From contig QPGO01000312.1 of assembly GCA_008632985.1 (NCBI GenBank), positions 1 through 62,268 on the forward strand: DNA of 62,268 nt. Reading direction: 5' to 3'. The notes below the pieces were generated by a model, which saw nothing but the letters and a program-made list of their open reading frames with translations, made no database searches and was not told where the DNA came from. Origin of the DNA: Psammoneis japonica (taxonomy: Eukaryota). Every line of letters begins with the position of its first letter. Position 1 is the stretch's first letter. Position numbers and translations under genes: made by a program. Shown here piece by piece: positions 12,330 through 23,620 of this stretch.

Positions 12330-13515
12330 ATTCTACGGCAGCTACCCACCAAGAAACCCTACGTGTGTTTCTACGTACGCTCTCGCACTGATGTCACCCT
12401 TCTCAGACGGCATTTTGCTGGGTCTGCCACGACCATACTGGCCCTTTCTATCAATGGTGTGCCTTTATTTCAGCAAGTTAAGCAACGTTACTAAGTGGAA
12501 AACGAATGGCGTCGACTCCTTATGGGTCGTATGCATGTTGATTTTTTTCGTTATTTTCTGCAGATCGAAGAAATTTTCTACACGGATTTCGTTACAAATT
12601 CTACGCGCTTTGACAAATCCCAATGACGACTGTTTTGTCAAGTCTCCGAGCTTCTCATACCCATACCCTTCCGTTTCCAATGACTCTCTTTATTCCCATC
12701 AGCCAATCAAGTCCTTCACTACTTGTGGTGAAAGTACTACTTCTGTTGTGATCCTGACGAGCGTGAGTATGAGCCTCCCTTCGGCAACAAATGACTACCA
12801 TCAATTTGCTATGCGTATCGGCACTTCTACGCAAGACCCAGTACGGTTTCTACGTGTGAAAAATATCTTTCCTGACGACCGACTCGAATCATCAAGTGCT
12901 CCTATTTCTTATCTCCCAGTCTTGGACGAACCCTCCCTTACTTACTGGCAAACCAAGCTCTCTGTTACATACAGTGATCTTTCTATTGTTTCATTTCTTC
13001 GAGGTTTGAATGAGGTTTCCCACTTGATAAGTGACTACCATCAATTTGCTACGCGTGTTGGCATTTCTACGCAAGATCCGGTACGGTTTATACGTGAGAA
13101 AAATATTTTTCCCGACGACCGACTCGTCGAATCATCAAGTACTCCTATTTCTTATCTCCCAGTCCTGGACAAACTCTCCCTCACTTACTGGCAAATCAAG
13201 CTCTCTGTTGCATGCAGTGATCTGTCTATTGTTTCATTTCTTTGAGGTTTGAATGAGGTTTCCCACTTGATGAGCGACAGCCAGTGGTTCGGCACTCTTC
13301 CTTTGACTTCCTTTTGGCTTCCTTTATGGCTCTTATGTAAATTTTTCCCAAATGCAACTGTCCTCTGTGGTGGTGGTGTAACCAACGTGTGTGTCACCAG
13401 CAATGCCATAGTAAACTCCAAGTGTTATTGTGCTCTTCGCACCAACTATTTCTGTCAGGCGTCTCCTCAGGGAGACGCCGATTCAGGCTAATCGCATGTA
13501 CTTCTGCAGCATCTC
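12330..13515 (+). mobile_element. Non-autonomous retroelement with an Ambal-like LINE 3' tail, copy 1 (3' end cut off by Copia sequence)
   Basis: Paralog of 42422-43515. 13455-13512 aligns with the LINE ORF2 end/3' UTR, including the stem-loop. Confidence 0.7.
12391..13491 (+). pseudogene. Unknown-function ORF (366 codons with one internal CGA->TGA stop at 13243-13245), N-terminal hydrophobic segment
   Basis: ORFs 12391-13245 and 13249-13491 are in frame. The stop reads CGA in the first copy of the internal 240-nt repeat. Homologous to 42532-43452. Confidence 0.6.
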
Positions 13516-13884
13516 CAAGCGGGGTGTACTTGAAGTGTGGGTTATTTTCACATAGATTCAATCCAATGTTCAGCAGTGAAGAAGGCACGTATATACTTCC
13601 ACCGCCAATGGTGCGCGTCGTCGAAATTTTCCGATGACGATGATGAAAGCTCAATGGATGAAAATGAGCAAGACTGTTAATCTAACAGAAATTGATGATG
13701 ACTGGGTGGAAGAAAACAATGACTCCTTACTGCTGTCTAAACAGCAGATGAGTCTCCGTGCAGAGACTGTTACAGGAGCCGAAAGACTGGTGTCGTTGAC
13801 ATCGGTGCTCGCGCGTCACGCGTGGAACTAAGAGCACACATAAAATTATGTGTGATAAACTAAAATCTTGATCAAATCCTATCA
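13516..13884 (-). mobile_element. Truncated Copia family B 5' end (internally deleted LTR 13683-13884, PBS, part of UTR)
   Basis: Matches family B LTR termini and the GATTAACAGTC PBS; similar to 36100-36498. Confidence 0.8.
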
Positions 13885-15660
13885 CATGGGAACAGAACAA
13901 GACTTGTCGTAAAGGGCTTGGATGGAACCATTGCGGAAGAGGAAAAGGTGTTGTGTGACGAACGTTGGAATCCTTGGAGCGTGGGTAGAGGATGAGAGAT
14001 TCGAATAGGAAGAGGAGCTTGAAAAAGGGTTCCGAGGATGTTTGCCAGGGTGGAGGCGGGTTGTCCGTGAGATCGAAGGATTTAGAAGAGTTGATGGTCC
14101 ATTGGACAAGGTGATGACGCGTTCCAGCTCTAGGTGGGACCTCGTACTACTGCACTGTGACATCAAGAGTTTTTTGGATCGCGTGGTATGTCATGCACGT
14201 AGATTTCTACGTGTGATATTCTACGAAATTGTTTCATACTCCCCATTTTGCGAAGCCAAAGGCTTTCTATTTTCAGCATTTATGAGAATGAAAATACTTT
14301 GGGTATATTCTTTAATGTCTGAAGAACACACCCGGGCAAACTATTAATGATGTACTACAAGTGTGGAGGAGGAGATACGTTCGTAAAATTGCCTCTTTTT
14401 CTGTTGGCACGTTTGGGTTCGATGCAGCCGTGCAACTAGCCATACCCTGCAGGAAGAGCTGTTGGTTGCGCACGAGCAGAAGCAACAAAGCAAAGAACAC
14501 GGCGTGGGTCAAAACGTTGTAAAATGACGCAACAACAAGCGGCGAGAAGAAACCCAACTTGACCCATGAATACAGCGCATACATATTGTCCAACCACTTC
14601 AATAGTATCTCGTATTCCCAGCTTGTAGATGAGGGGACGGCGTTCGCGTTTCTCGCCATGGTGTTGTTGTGCGTTATCGTGTTGGTTTGCGCGCGAAGAC
14701 CACAAGATCTATTTATCCGATAGTCACTGTGTTTTGGTAATAGTAGATGTTTCACTATATCCAATCTGAAGTTATTTTGAGAAGCGCTTCGCGACAACTC
14801 TGTTCGCACCGTTAAATAGAAATTTTTTTATCCAGATTCCAGAGTTCTTTCGGGGTGTTCTGTAAGATTTTTGAATTGCGGTATATATATTTTAAAGAAA
14901 AAAGAAATTTTAATGATATGTAAAAGCATCGGAGATAAACATAAATTTATCTTCCAAGTAGACCACGTAGATTGTGTACCGGCGGAAAATCCACCGCATG
15001 TCAACTCACTCAGTAGTAATTCTACGTATATTCTACTTACACCTCACACACGTACGCACGCCTACACAGTCTAATAACCGCGCACACGTGCGCGAGATCA
15101 TTGCTTTATAAATTTACTACGGAGCTCGCACGTAGAATTCTACGGGCCCAATGTCACACGGAGTCCCACCTAGGACTGGAACCCGTCTGATGTAGGGTGA
15201 GGAGGACTTGAAGGCGAGAGGATGGGGGTAGTTTATGCCAAATAGAGGCACGGAAAGGTGGAGGCGACAAAGGCAATGAGTTGAGCCACTGAAGGGAGGC
15301 TGTCCAATTAGACAGCTCTTGGCGCGCGGGTGGGAGGACGCAACAAGCTGGATGCCAGCAGCCGTGCGGGGTTAACAATGAGCATTACAAACGTGAGCAT
15401 GTAAGTGCATGTCGTGAAGATATATTTTGGTAGTGCATTGGCAATATCGGCATGGGTGAAGATTATGGAGGTCGAAGAAGGAGTCGGGGATGGTCCGGAG
15501 GCTGCGATGTTTTTGGATGGAGCAAAGGTGGGCATGCAGGAGTTTGGGCACTTGATGTGAAGGAGTGTCGGGTGGAAGAGAGAAAGAGCAGCCCTCAAAG
15601 TGGCATGAACAATTGGTAACCCCTAGCGGGGTACGGGTGCCGATGGGTTCCATTGCTGGA
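13885..15660 (-). pseudogene. 5' part of a CRE-like non-LTR element with N-terminal C2H2-like zinc fingers, split by a TIR element
   Basis: CHFEGC..LHAHLCSIQKH and CRYC..KIY..LHAHVCNAH in 15372-15653; the Pro/Ser-rich reading continues across the 14116-15187 insertion. Family assignment is inference. Confidence 0.55.
14116..15187. mobile_element. Non-autonomous DNA transposon (1072 bp), TIR GACGCGTTCCAG..TAGGTGGGAC, 4-bp TSD TGAT
   Basis: Imperfect ~26-bp TIRs. TGAT at 14112-14115 and 15188-15191. Both ends homologous to 52162-52550. Confidence 0.9.
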
Positions 15661-15981
15661 GGGAGCGGCGAAGTGTGTTGGGATCTTGGTGTTAGACCAT
15701 GCGCAGCGCATGCTCCAAAATTCCACCGTCTTTCCGTGTCTCCTTGCTACGGTAGTCTACCTACAGTACCGGTACATACAGTACAGTTGCTGTGAAGCGT
15801 GGCGTGGTGGCAGCGAGGCAGCAGACAGGGAAGAATTATTCACATCATAGATCATGGTCATGGGGCTTACTTCTAGACTACGGTAGGGCCCTCTCTAGCT
15901 AGAAGTTACTGATTATTATTGCTGTGGCAAAAGTAATGCTGAGCTGTATTGCAGGTCATTTACGGGAAGAAGTCACTGGCA

Positions 15982-18912
15982 ATGGATTCCGCAACGTCTG
16001 AAGACAGGGAGGTCGCGGTCTCATCAACAACTGGGGGGGAATCATCGACAACACAAACTCCCGTGCTCCGTATCGACCCTGAATCTAACGTTGCGTTTGT
16101 CGGTCCGTCAGCCAATGAGGATGGAAACTATAGAGGTGTAAACAACATGATGCATCTCGATCGAGTCTCTGAACCTGTGTCCGAGCTAGCGTCAGCGCAG
16201 GAAGGGGTTGGAGAGGATGCCCAGGTTGACACGAGCTCGGGTACTGCTGTTTCATCCCAGGCGAATACATTGTCAAGCAACTTGACTCAACCCTCTAATT
16301 CAACGTCACCGTCGAAGAAGCTGGAGGAGTTCATCAATAGTCCCCGCGGCCAAAATGCGATCGTTGAAAGATCTCCTGGAGGGAGGTATGTTCGGTTTCT
16401 CGAGAGGCTTGGAAGTGGAGCGTCGAAGGATGTTTACCGTGCATACGATACGACCGAAGGAATCGAGGTAGCATGGAACGTGGTCAATCTATCAGGGGTG
16501 CCCAAGACAGAACGGAACCGCATCGTAAACGAGGTCAGGCTGCTTGAGCGGCTACATCACCAAAACATTATCAGCTTCCATGGGTCATGGGTCAACCGGG
16601 AGAGACAGGAGGTGAACTTCGTGACGGAGATCTTGTCTTCAGGAACGCTGAAGAGCTTTATTAACAAAGTGCAAGTAATTAGGTGGAAGATTGCGAAGCG
16701 CTGGGCTGTCCAGATTCTCAAGGGATTAGAATATCTACACTCGCAAGAACCACCTGTTATCCACCGCGACCTGAAGTGTGAGAATATATTCATCAATGGC
16801 ACCAGTGGGGATCTTCGCATCGGTGATCTAGGGTTAAGTACCGTACACCGAAATGGAAAGGTACTTAGTGTTCTGGGAACACCCGAATTCATGGCGCCTG
16901 ATCTTTACGAAGAAGCCGCGTACGATGAGAAAGTTGACATATATGCTTTTGGGATGTGTCTTCTTGAAATATTTACTAAAGAGATTCCGTATCGGGAATG
17001 TAGCAATCCTGCGCAAATATACAAGAAGGTCATGCGAAGCGAGCCACCCGAAAGCCTTGCTCGAGTGCGAAGTCGGGAAGCGCGTGATTTTATTATGCTG
17101 TGCCTTGGTAGGAAAGGTGACAACGGCGTTTACGTCAGACCGAGCGCCAGTGAGCTGTTGGGAAATGGCTTTCTTGCAAAGAGTGTTGACGATGACTCAG
17201 AAGTTGAGATAGACCCGCCATTGCAAGATCTAGTGATATCGGAAGTACCAGAAGAATCGTTCTCTAGTGATACCGTTGGTCGGCCTGCGACAGTGCTGGA
17301 GAGCCAAGAAGAGACAGTAAAAAATTATGCTTGTGCATCTGCTCGTGGGAACCCTTCACACGCTGCAGAAAACGGCGGCGAAGCAAACGCCGCGATGCCG
17401 CTTGCAAATCATGCTGGAGAGTGCCCAGACGAAGATGATTCGGACAAATTCAGTGAGATGCCAGATAGCGAGGTGAATATTAAGAAGGTGAAAGTTTTGA
17501 TGGGGCGAGGACAGGAACTTGAAGAAGCTACTGGTAGCGCTCCCACTTCGAGTCAACACGCTGGCGGCACTGTTCGGAGGACGATGGAAGTGCCGCCATT
17601 GACCCTGAGACATGAGAAGAGCAGTGTGGAAGGCGGTTCGTTGCCCCCCCCGCATTACCTTGTTGCAGTGGCTGTCATAGAGGAAGAAGCGCATGTATCC
17701 CGTCCATACCCAGATGATATGTTGAAGCTGATTGTCACACTCCCCGTCGAAGGACAAACACAAAACGTTCAATTTGACTTCCATCTGGTTCAAGATGACC
17801 CGATAAAAGTCGCAAAGGAAATGGTAATGGAGCTAAATATCCCGCAGGAAGCAGTACTCGAGATTAGCGAAATGATCAGCGGGCTCGCTTGTTCAGCAAG
17901 GATGAAGCAAGACAAGTACAACAGTCACCAGAAGCATTTGCTTGCTCAAAACCCTGCTTCGCCTACACAGAGTGGCACATCTCCTGAGGTTCAGGATCGA
18001 GCTTCAGAACAGGATCATGTTGAAGGTGAAAACAACAGGCAATCTGACGCGGTGAAGTCGGCTCCTTCTGGCATTGGAGCATCTGGCGTATCTTCTACGT
18101 CATCTCGCGTGCCCACGACGAAGAGCCATACACGGACCGGAACGGGATTTTTGACAGCAGGCGAACAACAGCAGGAACAGCTTCACTCACCATTTGCCAG
18201 ACAAGAGGAACACGTGCATTGCCAGCGAAGTAGCCCTAAAATCGACGCGTTTGCGTCCGAGCAGGAGGTGCAGGGAGATGCCATGCATGCGGTAGTTGGG
18301 CCTGTGCCACCGGCTTTGGGAACCGAGAACACGCAGCTTCTGAGTAATTCTATCGCATCTTCTGTGTCAAGGTCGTCAGACGTGTTGTTGGAAATGCGCG
18401 ATGTAACTCAGGAAGGAGTCGAAGATACCGAAACGGATAGCGAGGGCGATAATGAATTAACACAGAAGATAAGGGTCTTGGACGAGAACTACCAGAAGAA
18501 TCTGATGCGCGCGCAGAGAGTGTTCGATAGCAGGATGGATAGTCTTCATCGATCCAAGGAAGAGAGAGAGGCACAACATCTTAAAACTCTAGAAAAGCAT
18601 GAAAGGGAAAGAGCCGAGTTCGAGAAGCGCTTGGAGGCTGAAGCAAAGGAACAAAGCCGTAGGATGAAACAGCTTCAGCTTGAGTGGGACAGGCGACGGG
18701 AGTCGTTGGCGAAACAAAGAGATGCTAGTACAAAAAAGAAATATCCAGCAGACCCACTAGTCGGGTCACTAACCCCGCGCAGTGAGGATTTAGATGCGTT
18801 AGAAGCGGCAGCCGACGGAGCTGTAACTTTGTCATCAACGGTGGACCAGGTTCATAAAGCAAGCGTGAATCACGGCGGATCCTGTTCGACGGACATCGCG
18901 CGACAATCCTGA
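15982..18912 (+). CDS. WNK: WNK (with-no-lysine) family Ser/Thr protein kinase, 976 aa from the first ATG
   Basis: Intact ORF. GSGASKDVY (Lys in subdomain I), EVAWN in place of VAxK, HRDLKCENIFING, IGDLGL, GTPEFMAP. CCT-like QFDFHLVQDDPIKVAKEMV. C-terminal coiled coil. Confidence 0.96.
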   Translation: MDSATSEDREVAVSSTTGGESSTTQTPVLRIDPESNVAFVGPSANEDGNYRGVNNMMHLDRVSEPVSELASAQEGVGEDAQVDTSSGTAVSSQANTLSSNLTQPSNSTSPSKKLEEFINSPRGQNAIVERSPGGRYVRFLERLGSGASKDVYRAYDTTEGIEVAWNVVNLSGVPKTERNRIVNEVRLLERLHHQNIISFHGSWVNRERQEVNFVTEILSSGTLKSFINKVQVIRWKIAKRWAVQILKGLEYLHSQEPPVIHRDLKCENIFINGTSGDLRIGDLGLSTVHRNGKVLSVLGTPEFMAPDLYEEAAYDEKVDIYAFGMCLLEIFTKEIPYRECSNPAQIYKKVMRSEPPESLARVRSREARDFIMLCLGRKGDNGVYVRPSASELLGNGFLAKSVDDDSEVEIDPPLQDLVISEVPEESFSSDTVGRPATVLESQEETVKNYACASARGNPSHAAENGGEANAAMPLANHAGECPDEDDSDKFSEMPDSEVNIKKVKVLMGRGQELEEATGSAPTSSQHAGGTVRRTMEVPPLTLRHEKSSVEGGSLPPPHYLVAVAVIEEEAHVSRPYPDDMLKLIVTLPVEGQTQNVQFDFHLVQDDPIKVAKEMVMELNIPQEAVLEISEMISGLACSARMKQDKYNSHQKHLLAQNPASPTQSGTSPEVQDRASEQDHVEGENNRQSDAVKSAPSGIGASGVSSTSSRVPTTKSHTRTGTGFLTAGEQQQEQLHSPFARQEEHVHCQRSSPKIDAFASEQEVQGDAMHAVVGPVPPALGTENTQLLSNSIASSVSRSSDVLLEMRDVTQEGVEDTETDSEGDNELTQKIRVLDENYQKNLMRAQRVFDSRMDSLHRSKEEREAQHLKTLEKHERERAEFEKRLEAEAKEQSRRMKQLQLEWDRRRESLAKQRDASTKKKYPADPLVGSLTPRSEDLDALEAAADGAVTLSSTVDQVHKASVNHGGSCSTDIARQS

Positions 18913-19359
18913 GTAGACGAAACCTTTCAGTCGACAGAGCGGTTTTCATTGTGAAATTTTGAATCACAGACATCATACCTGTCGCTTGGGAAGAAGGCAA
19001 GATATGGCCTGAGTACTCGACATGTCATTGGTAGCGATAGCCGCCTTCCTTTGTTAAAGGCTGACACAGTCAGCAACTAAACCTCAATTATTAATGCATA
19101 TGAAGCGTTTGTAGCCAAATCATCTCACTTCCTCTCTGATCTCTACTACCTAGAGAGTACTCTCTAGAGAGTAGAGCTATTACATGCTTGTCGGTGACCT
19201 AGAGAGTTGACGTGTGTTATTCTACCGGTCTTGCATGCGCAATCAAGCGCGTTTTCAATTTCAAATTCCGCCTCCAAATCTCTGCTCGACACCCGCAGTT
19301 ATAATTTTCAGTCAACGCAGCTTTTGCAACAACAACAGCTTCTAGTTTACAACTTTGAG

Positions 19360-20870
19360 TTTCTGTTGAACCGGCAAGTCAATGCCACCAAAAGGAAATC
19401 CCATTGGATTTCCTGTGCCACTCGATGCACTTGCCTTGGTAAACTGTGATGGCTGTGGGTTGCCGAAGGCATCAATGTAAACTGTGACTTGTGCAACAAC
19501 AGGTGCCTGCTGATGCCAAATGATAAATTGTGTAAACCAAATGATTCACTTCAGTGAGTGAGATGAAAAACAAAGGTGAGAGATTGATGGTGAAACTTCT
19601 CTCGCAATGCAGTGAACCATGTCAGGAGTCAAATGTCTTTTCTTCAACCCATCTGAGTTTTTTTTTATTCTCGTGATGTTCTGGGTCTTCCATGCTCTGG
19701 TTCCAACACACTCCTGCTGTTCCCATTGATGCATTGTTGGAACATTTCATGTCATGGGCAAACTGATTCCTGTGGCACAGTGATCACAATGTCGCACCAG
19801 GCACATCAGTTGCCTCGGTGGCATCATCCTGCAAATCAAAAATGTTCAGGTGGGCATGCCATTCCTCATCAAAATAATCAACCATGTCATTGAATGAGCA
19901 TCATGTGGCACCTTGCACATGCTCCACAAAATTCTCTGTGTGAGTGCGACAAGTTGTCTCTCTTGCAATTGTGTGTGCAGACCAATGATCAGGTCCTCGG
20001 TGTCCAACCATTGACATCGTCTCAGGAGTCAAATCAAAGAACTCCATTCTGTGGCAAGTCCACCAACTCTTGGAACTTGCTTGATCAATGTCATGGTGGA
20101 AGAATGACACCAACTTCCTGGCATGACAAACAACACCATTGGTGCCTCTTGCAAGTCCACATTGACTCACTTCACCTTCAGGGAAGCAAGTGGTGTTGAG
20201 ATGCACAAGGGGACCACAAACCCTGAATGTGTCCATGCCACAGGTGGGATCACTAACTGTCAACAGTCTTTTTAAATCATTGACAGGAGCGCATCTGTAT
20301 GGGGCAAACTGCAGCTCATTGCCCAATGATCCTGTGATGACCTCTCCTTTGTCTGCATGCTCATCGTGATTGTTGTCAATAGCACATCTGTGTCATGCCT
20401 TGTCTCCAGGCTGAGCATCAAACATTTTGCCAAATTTTTTTGGTCTTGTGTGCTCCACACCATGCAATGTGATTTCAGATGATGGTTTGGATTGTCATTG
20501 AGGGAGAACAGAGGTGCAGTGGCAGACATGTGTTCAAGTGCTGCGGGGCTCAATGCTTTGATAATCTCATGTGCATCCCACACTGAGTGGCACCTCTTCA
20601 CATCCACAGGTTGTGCCATGCAGTTGTGAATGATGACAAATCTTCAGGTGAGTGCAGATGAATGCCTCCTTCTCTCTCAATGTCCAGCTTCAGCAGATGC
20701 ATGTTGGGGTCTTGAGCCAAATGACAACAACTCCTCTTGACACACCAATTCATCTCATCTGTTGCCGCACGGAAATCTTCATGTCTTGGACTTCTCATTT
20801 GTGCTCATTGTTGCTGGGCTCAGATATGTCTTGGACTTCTCATCTGTGCTCATTGTTGCTGGGCTCATTC
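19360..20870 (-). other. Unidentified, heavily mutated repeat-like coding remnant
   Basis: Very few TpA/CpG, Cys/His-rich broken ORFs 19901-20798, 45-bp tandem duplication at 20781-20867. No motif recognised. Confidence 0.35.
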
Positions 20871-20884
20871 ATGATCTGTGATGT

Positions 20885-21917
20885 CATGAAGCAGTCCAAT
20901 CATTGGAACGTGGTGCAGTATTGGTCAGACGTGCTTGACGACCATGAGAACAGTGACGAATTTGAAGAAGAGCTGTTGGGTGAGAGCTGCATGTTGGACG
21001 CCAAGCATGAAAAGGTCTCAACAGAGAAGGTGGCTCAAGCTCAGACTCATTTGACCCCTGAACAGTGTGATAAGTTACAAGCTGTGCTTGAAAAGGATGA
21101 GACTCTTTTTGACAGTACACTCGGTAAATGTCCGCATGAAACAGTTCATTTGGAACTTGATCCTAATGCCATTCCCTTTCACTCTAAAGCCCATGAAGTG
21201 TCTAAGAATGATGAAGTGGCCTGTTCAAAAAGGAATTAAAGCATCTTTGTGATGTTGGAGCATTGGAACCAGTGGGTCCAAATGAATGGGCAGCTGGAAC
21301 CTTTGTCACACCCAAGAAGGATGGACAAGTGTGATGGGCATCCAACTTTTAGTGCTTCCCAAATAAATCCAAGCAAGTGGATGGCATTGTTGTGCAAGTT
21401 TTTGATTCTCCCTGCAAATGTGACATGACATTGGGTCAAGATTTTCTTGCCAAGGCTGGAACAGTGCTCGATTTTTGATTTGGAGTTATCAAGTGGTTGG
21501 ATACATCGATCCCGATGAAGCAGTCCAATCATTGGAACGTGGTGCAGAATTGGTCAGACGTGCTTGACGACCACAAGGACAGTGACAAATTTGAAGAAGA
21601 GCTGTTGGGCAAGAGCTGCATGTTAGACGCTAAGCATGAAAAGGTCTCTCAACAGAGAAGGTGGCTCAAGCTGAGACTCATTTGACCCCTGAACAGTGTG
21701 ATAAGTTACAAGCCATGCTTGAAAAGGATGAGACTCTTTTTGACAGTACACTCGGTAAATGTCCGCATGAAACAGTTCATTTGGAACTTGATCCTAATGC
21801 TGTTCCCTTTCACTCTGAAGCCTATGAAGTGTCTAAGAATGATGAAGTGGCCTGTTCAAAAAATAATTAAAGCATCTTTGTGATGTTGGAGCATTGGAAC
21901 CAGTGGGTCCAAATGAA
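20885..21917 (+). pseudogene. Gypsy pol fragment (end of protease to start of RT) with a ~460-bp duplication; continues at 30254
   Basis: LDAKHEKV..QTHLTPEQ..LFDSTLGKCP..EWAAGTFVTPKKDG occurs twice (20885-21349 and 21514-21917). Confidence 0.85.
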
Positions 21918-22431
21918 CGTCTGGTGGGGCAACAATCTGACATCGTGTGCGGACTTGCGTGTGACATTCTTGCCCTTCATTTCTGAATTTTTTAAATTTA
22001 AATTTAAATTTTTTGCAGCCATTGTCAGAAATCTTACTTATGATGTAATTTTTCTTGTCATGTGTTGCAAGAAAATTTAAATATAATGTCCATACGGACA
22101 ACATTACTGACATTTTCAAGTGTAACACTCGACCACTTTTCACCATGCGACAATTTACCTTCGGATTAGTCCCCGATTCACATTGCTTTCAAACCATTCT
22201 TTAAATCTAATAAGCACACGGACAACATTCCCGACATTTTACAGTGCAACACTTGGACGCTTTTCACCGTGTGAAACATTTCTTTCCAGTAAATGGCCCG
22301 ACTCACATTCCATGATGTTGTAGCTGCCAAACTGAGTTGATTTTGTGGTTAATGCCTTTGCTGTCATCATTTTCTGCTACATGCTAGTAAACGTCACTGC
22401 CATGCCACCCACATGCTCATTGCATCCTCGC

Positions 22432-23620
22432 TCACTTCTGTGGGTTATTGTTTGCTCTGCCTCCTCGAGAACCCGTTTGTGTTGAAGTGCTGTTGTCAGT
22501 TGCTGCTGCTTCTGGAGTCTCTTCCTCTTTGCTCCCCTGTTCTTTGTTCCTTCCTGTGGCCTCCTCCTTGCTGTCACTCCAATCTGTTTTTGGAGCTGCC
22601 CATCCCCTCATGCTGTCCTTCTTTTTCTTCTTTCTTTTCTTGCTACGTGCACTCTCCAATTTTTTTATCTGCAGGTACTGTGCATCGACTCTGCCGTAAT
22701 CCGTTCTCTCCTTTGCCACCGCATCGTAGAGTTTGTTGTACTTGTTGATCCCATCCTGGTTCCATCCTTGATTTTGCTTTGTGCCTTTCCCCATGAAAGT
22801 GTACTTTGGGGCCATCAGCTGGGTTGGTTGTTGCACCCCTCATTTTGTTTGAATTGCTCTTTGATCTCTGCCACCGATGTGGCCGCATTGTAGTAGTTGT
22901 CATACATCAGCCTGGCAAAAGCTTCCATACTTGTTGTTAGCCAATCGCTGACACCTTGGCTGTCCACTGTTTTAAAGTGTTCCATCCTGCCGCTAGGGAG
23001 CAGCAATTTTCCAAGAACCAGAAGTGCATTTGAGGTGATGCCCTGCCCTTTTCGATGTCTTCAACGCTTGGTATTCCATTGTATCTAGCCATCTCTGAGC
23101 AAGAATCAATGGGTGAGAACACGCTCCATCTCATCCACGTGCAGCCCAAATAGTACTTACCAACCATCTTCTTTCTAAAAACTTCCTGCCTGTTGTTTCT
23201 TCTCCTGTTTAGTCTTTTCCTCACCTTCTCCTTGTTTTCTTCCCACCAAACTGCACAGTCACTCGCGTCCACGTTGAGGTGTTTGCAAACCATTTTCTGC
23301 ATTTTGCTCTCAAAAGCCAACTTGACCTCATCATGTATCACGAACATTGTCTTGGGGTGCACAGCCACCGTAACGCAGTCAGTTATCTGGCCGTCCATAA
23401 ACTTTCTCCTCGCCACCTCCAAGCTGATGACCAACATTCCCGCAATCTCCACGTTGTGTGATCCTGTCTCTGCTGTGTCATGGGTGCTAACTGCAATGAA
23501 GGACACAAGATGAGCGTAAGCTGGCCAACCCGTTTGTGCAATGTCGCCGCAACGCAAGTACCTGATGAATCGTTTCGTACCGACATGTTTGCTCACCCAC
23601 TCCAATGTGTTTTGTGTCAA
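22432..23620 (-). pseudogene. Accessory gene of the Plavaka-like element, with a GT-AG intron at 23095-23160
   Basis: TSMEAFARLMYDNYY...PKYT...QGWNQDGINKYNKLYDAVAKER resembles ORFs accompanying such transposases. Basic NLS-like tail. Intron GTAAGT...GCTCAG. Confidence 0.6.

Noticed and set aside
15949..15981. ORF-track start of the kinase at TTG 15949, or an upstream coding exon
   Set aside because: The first in-frame ATG is 15982. The nearby GT..AG candidates did not give an in-frame upstream ATG exon; a 5' UTR intron is possible but unsupported.
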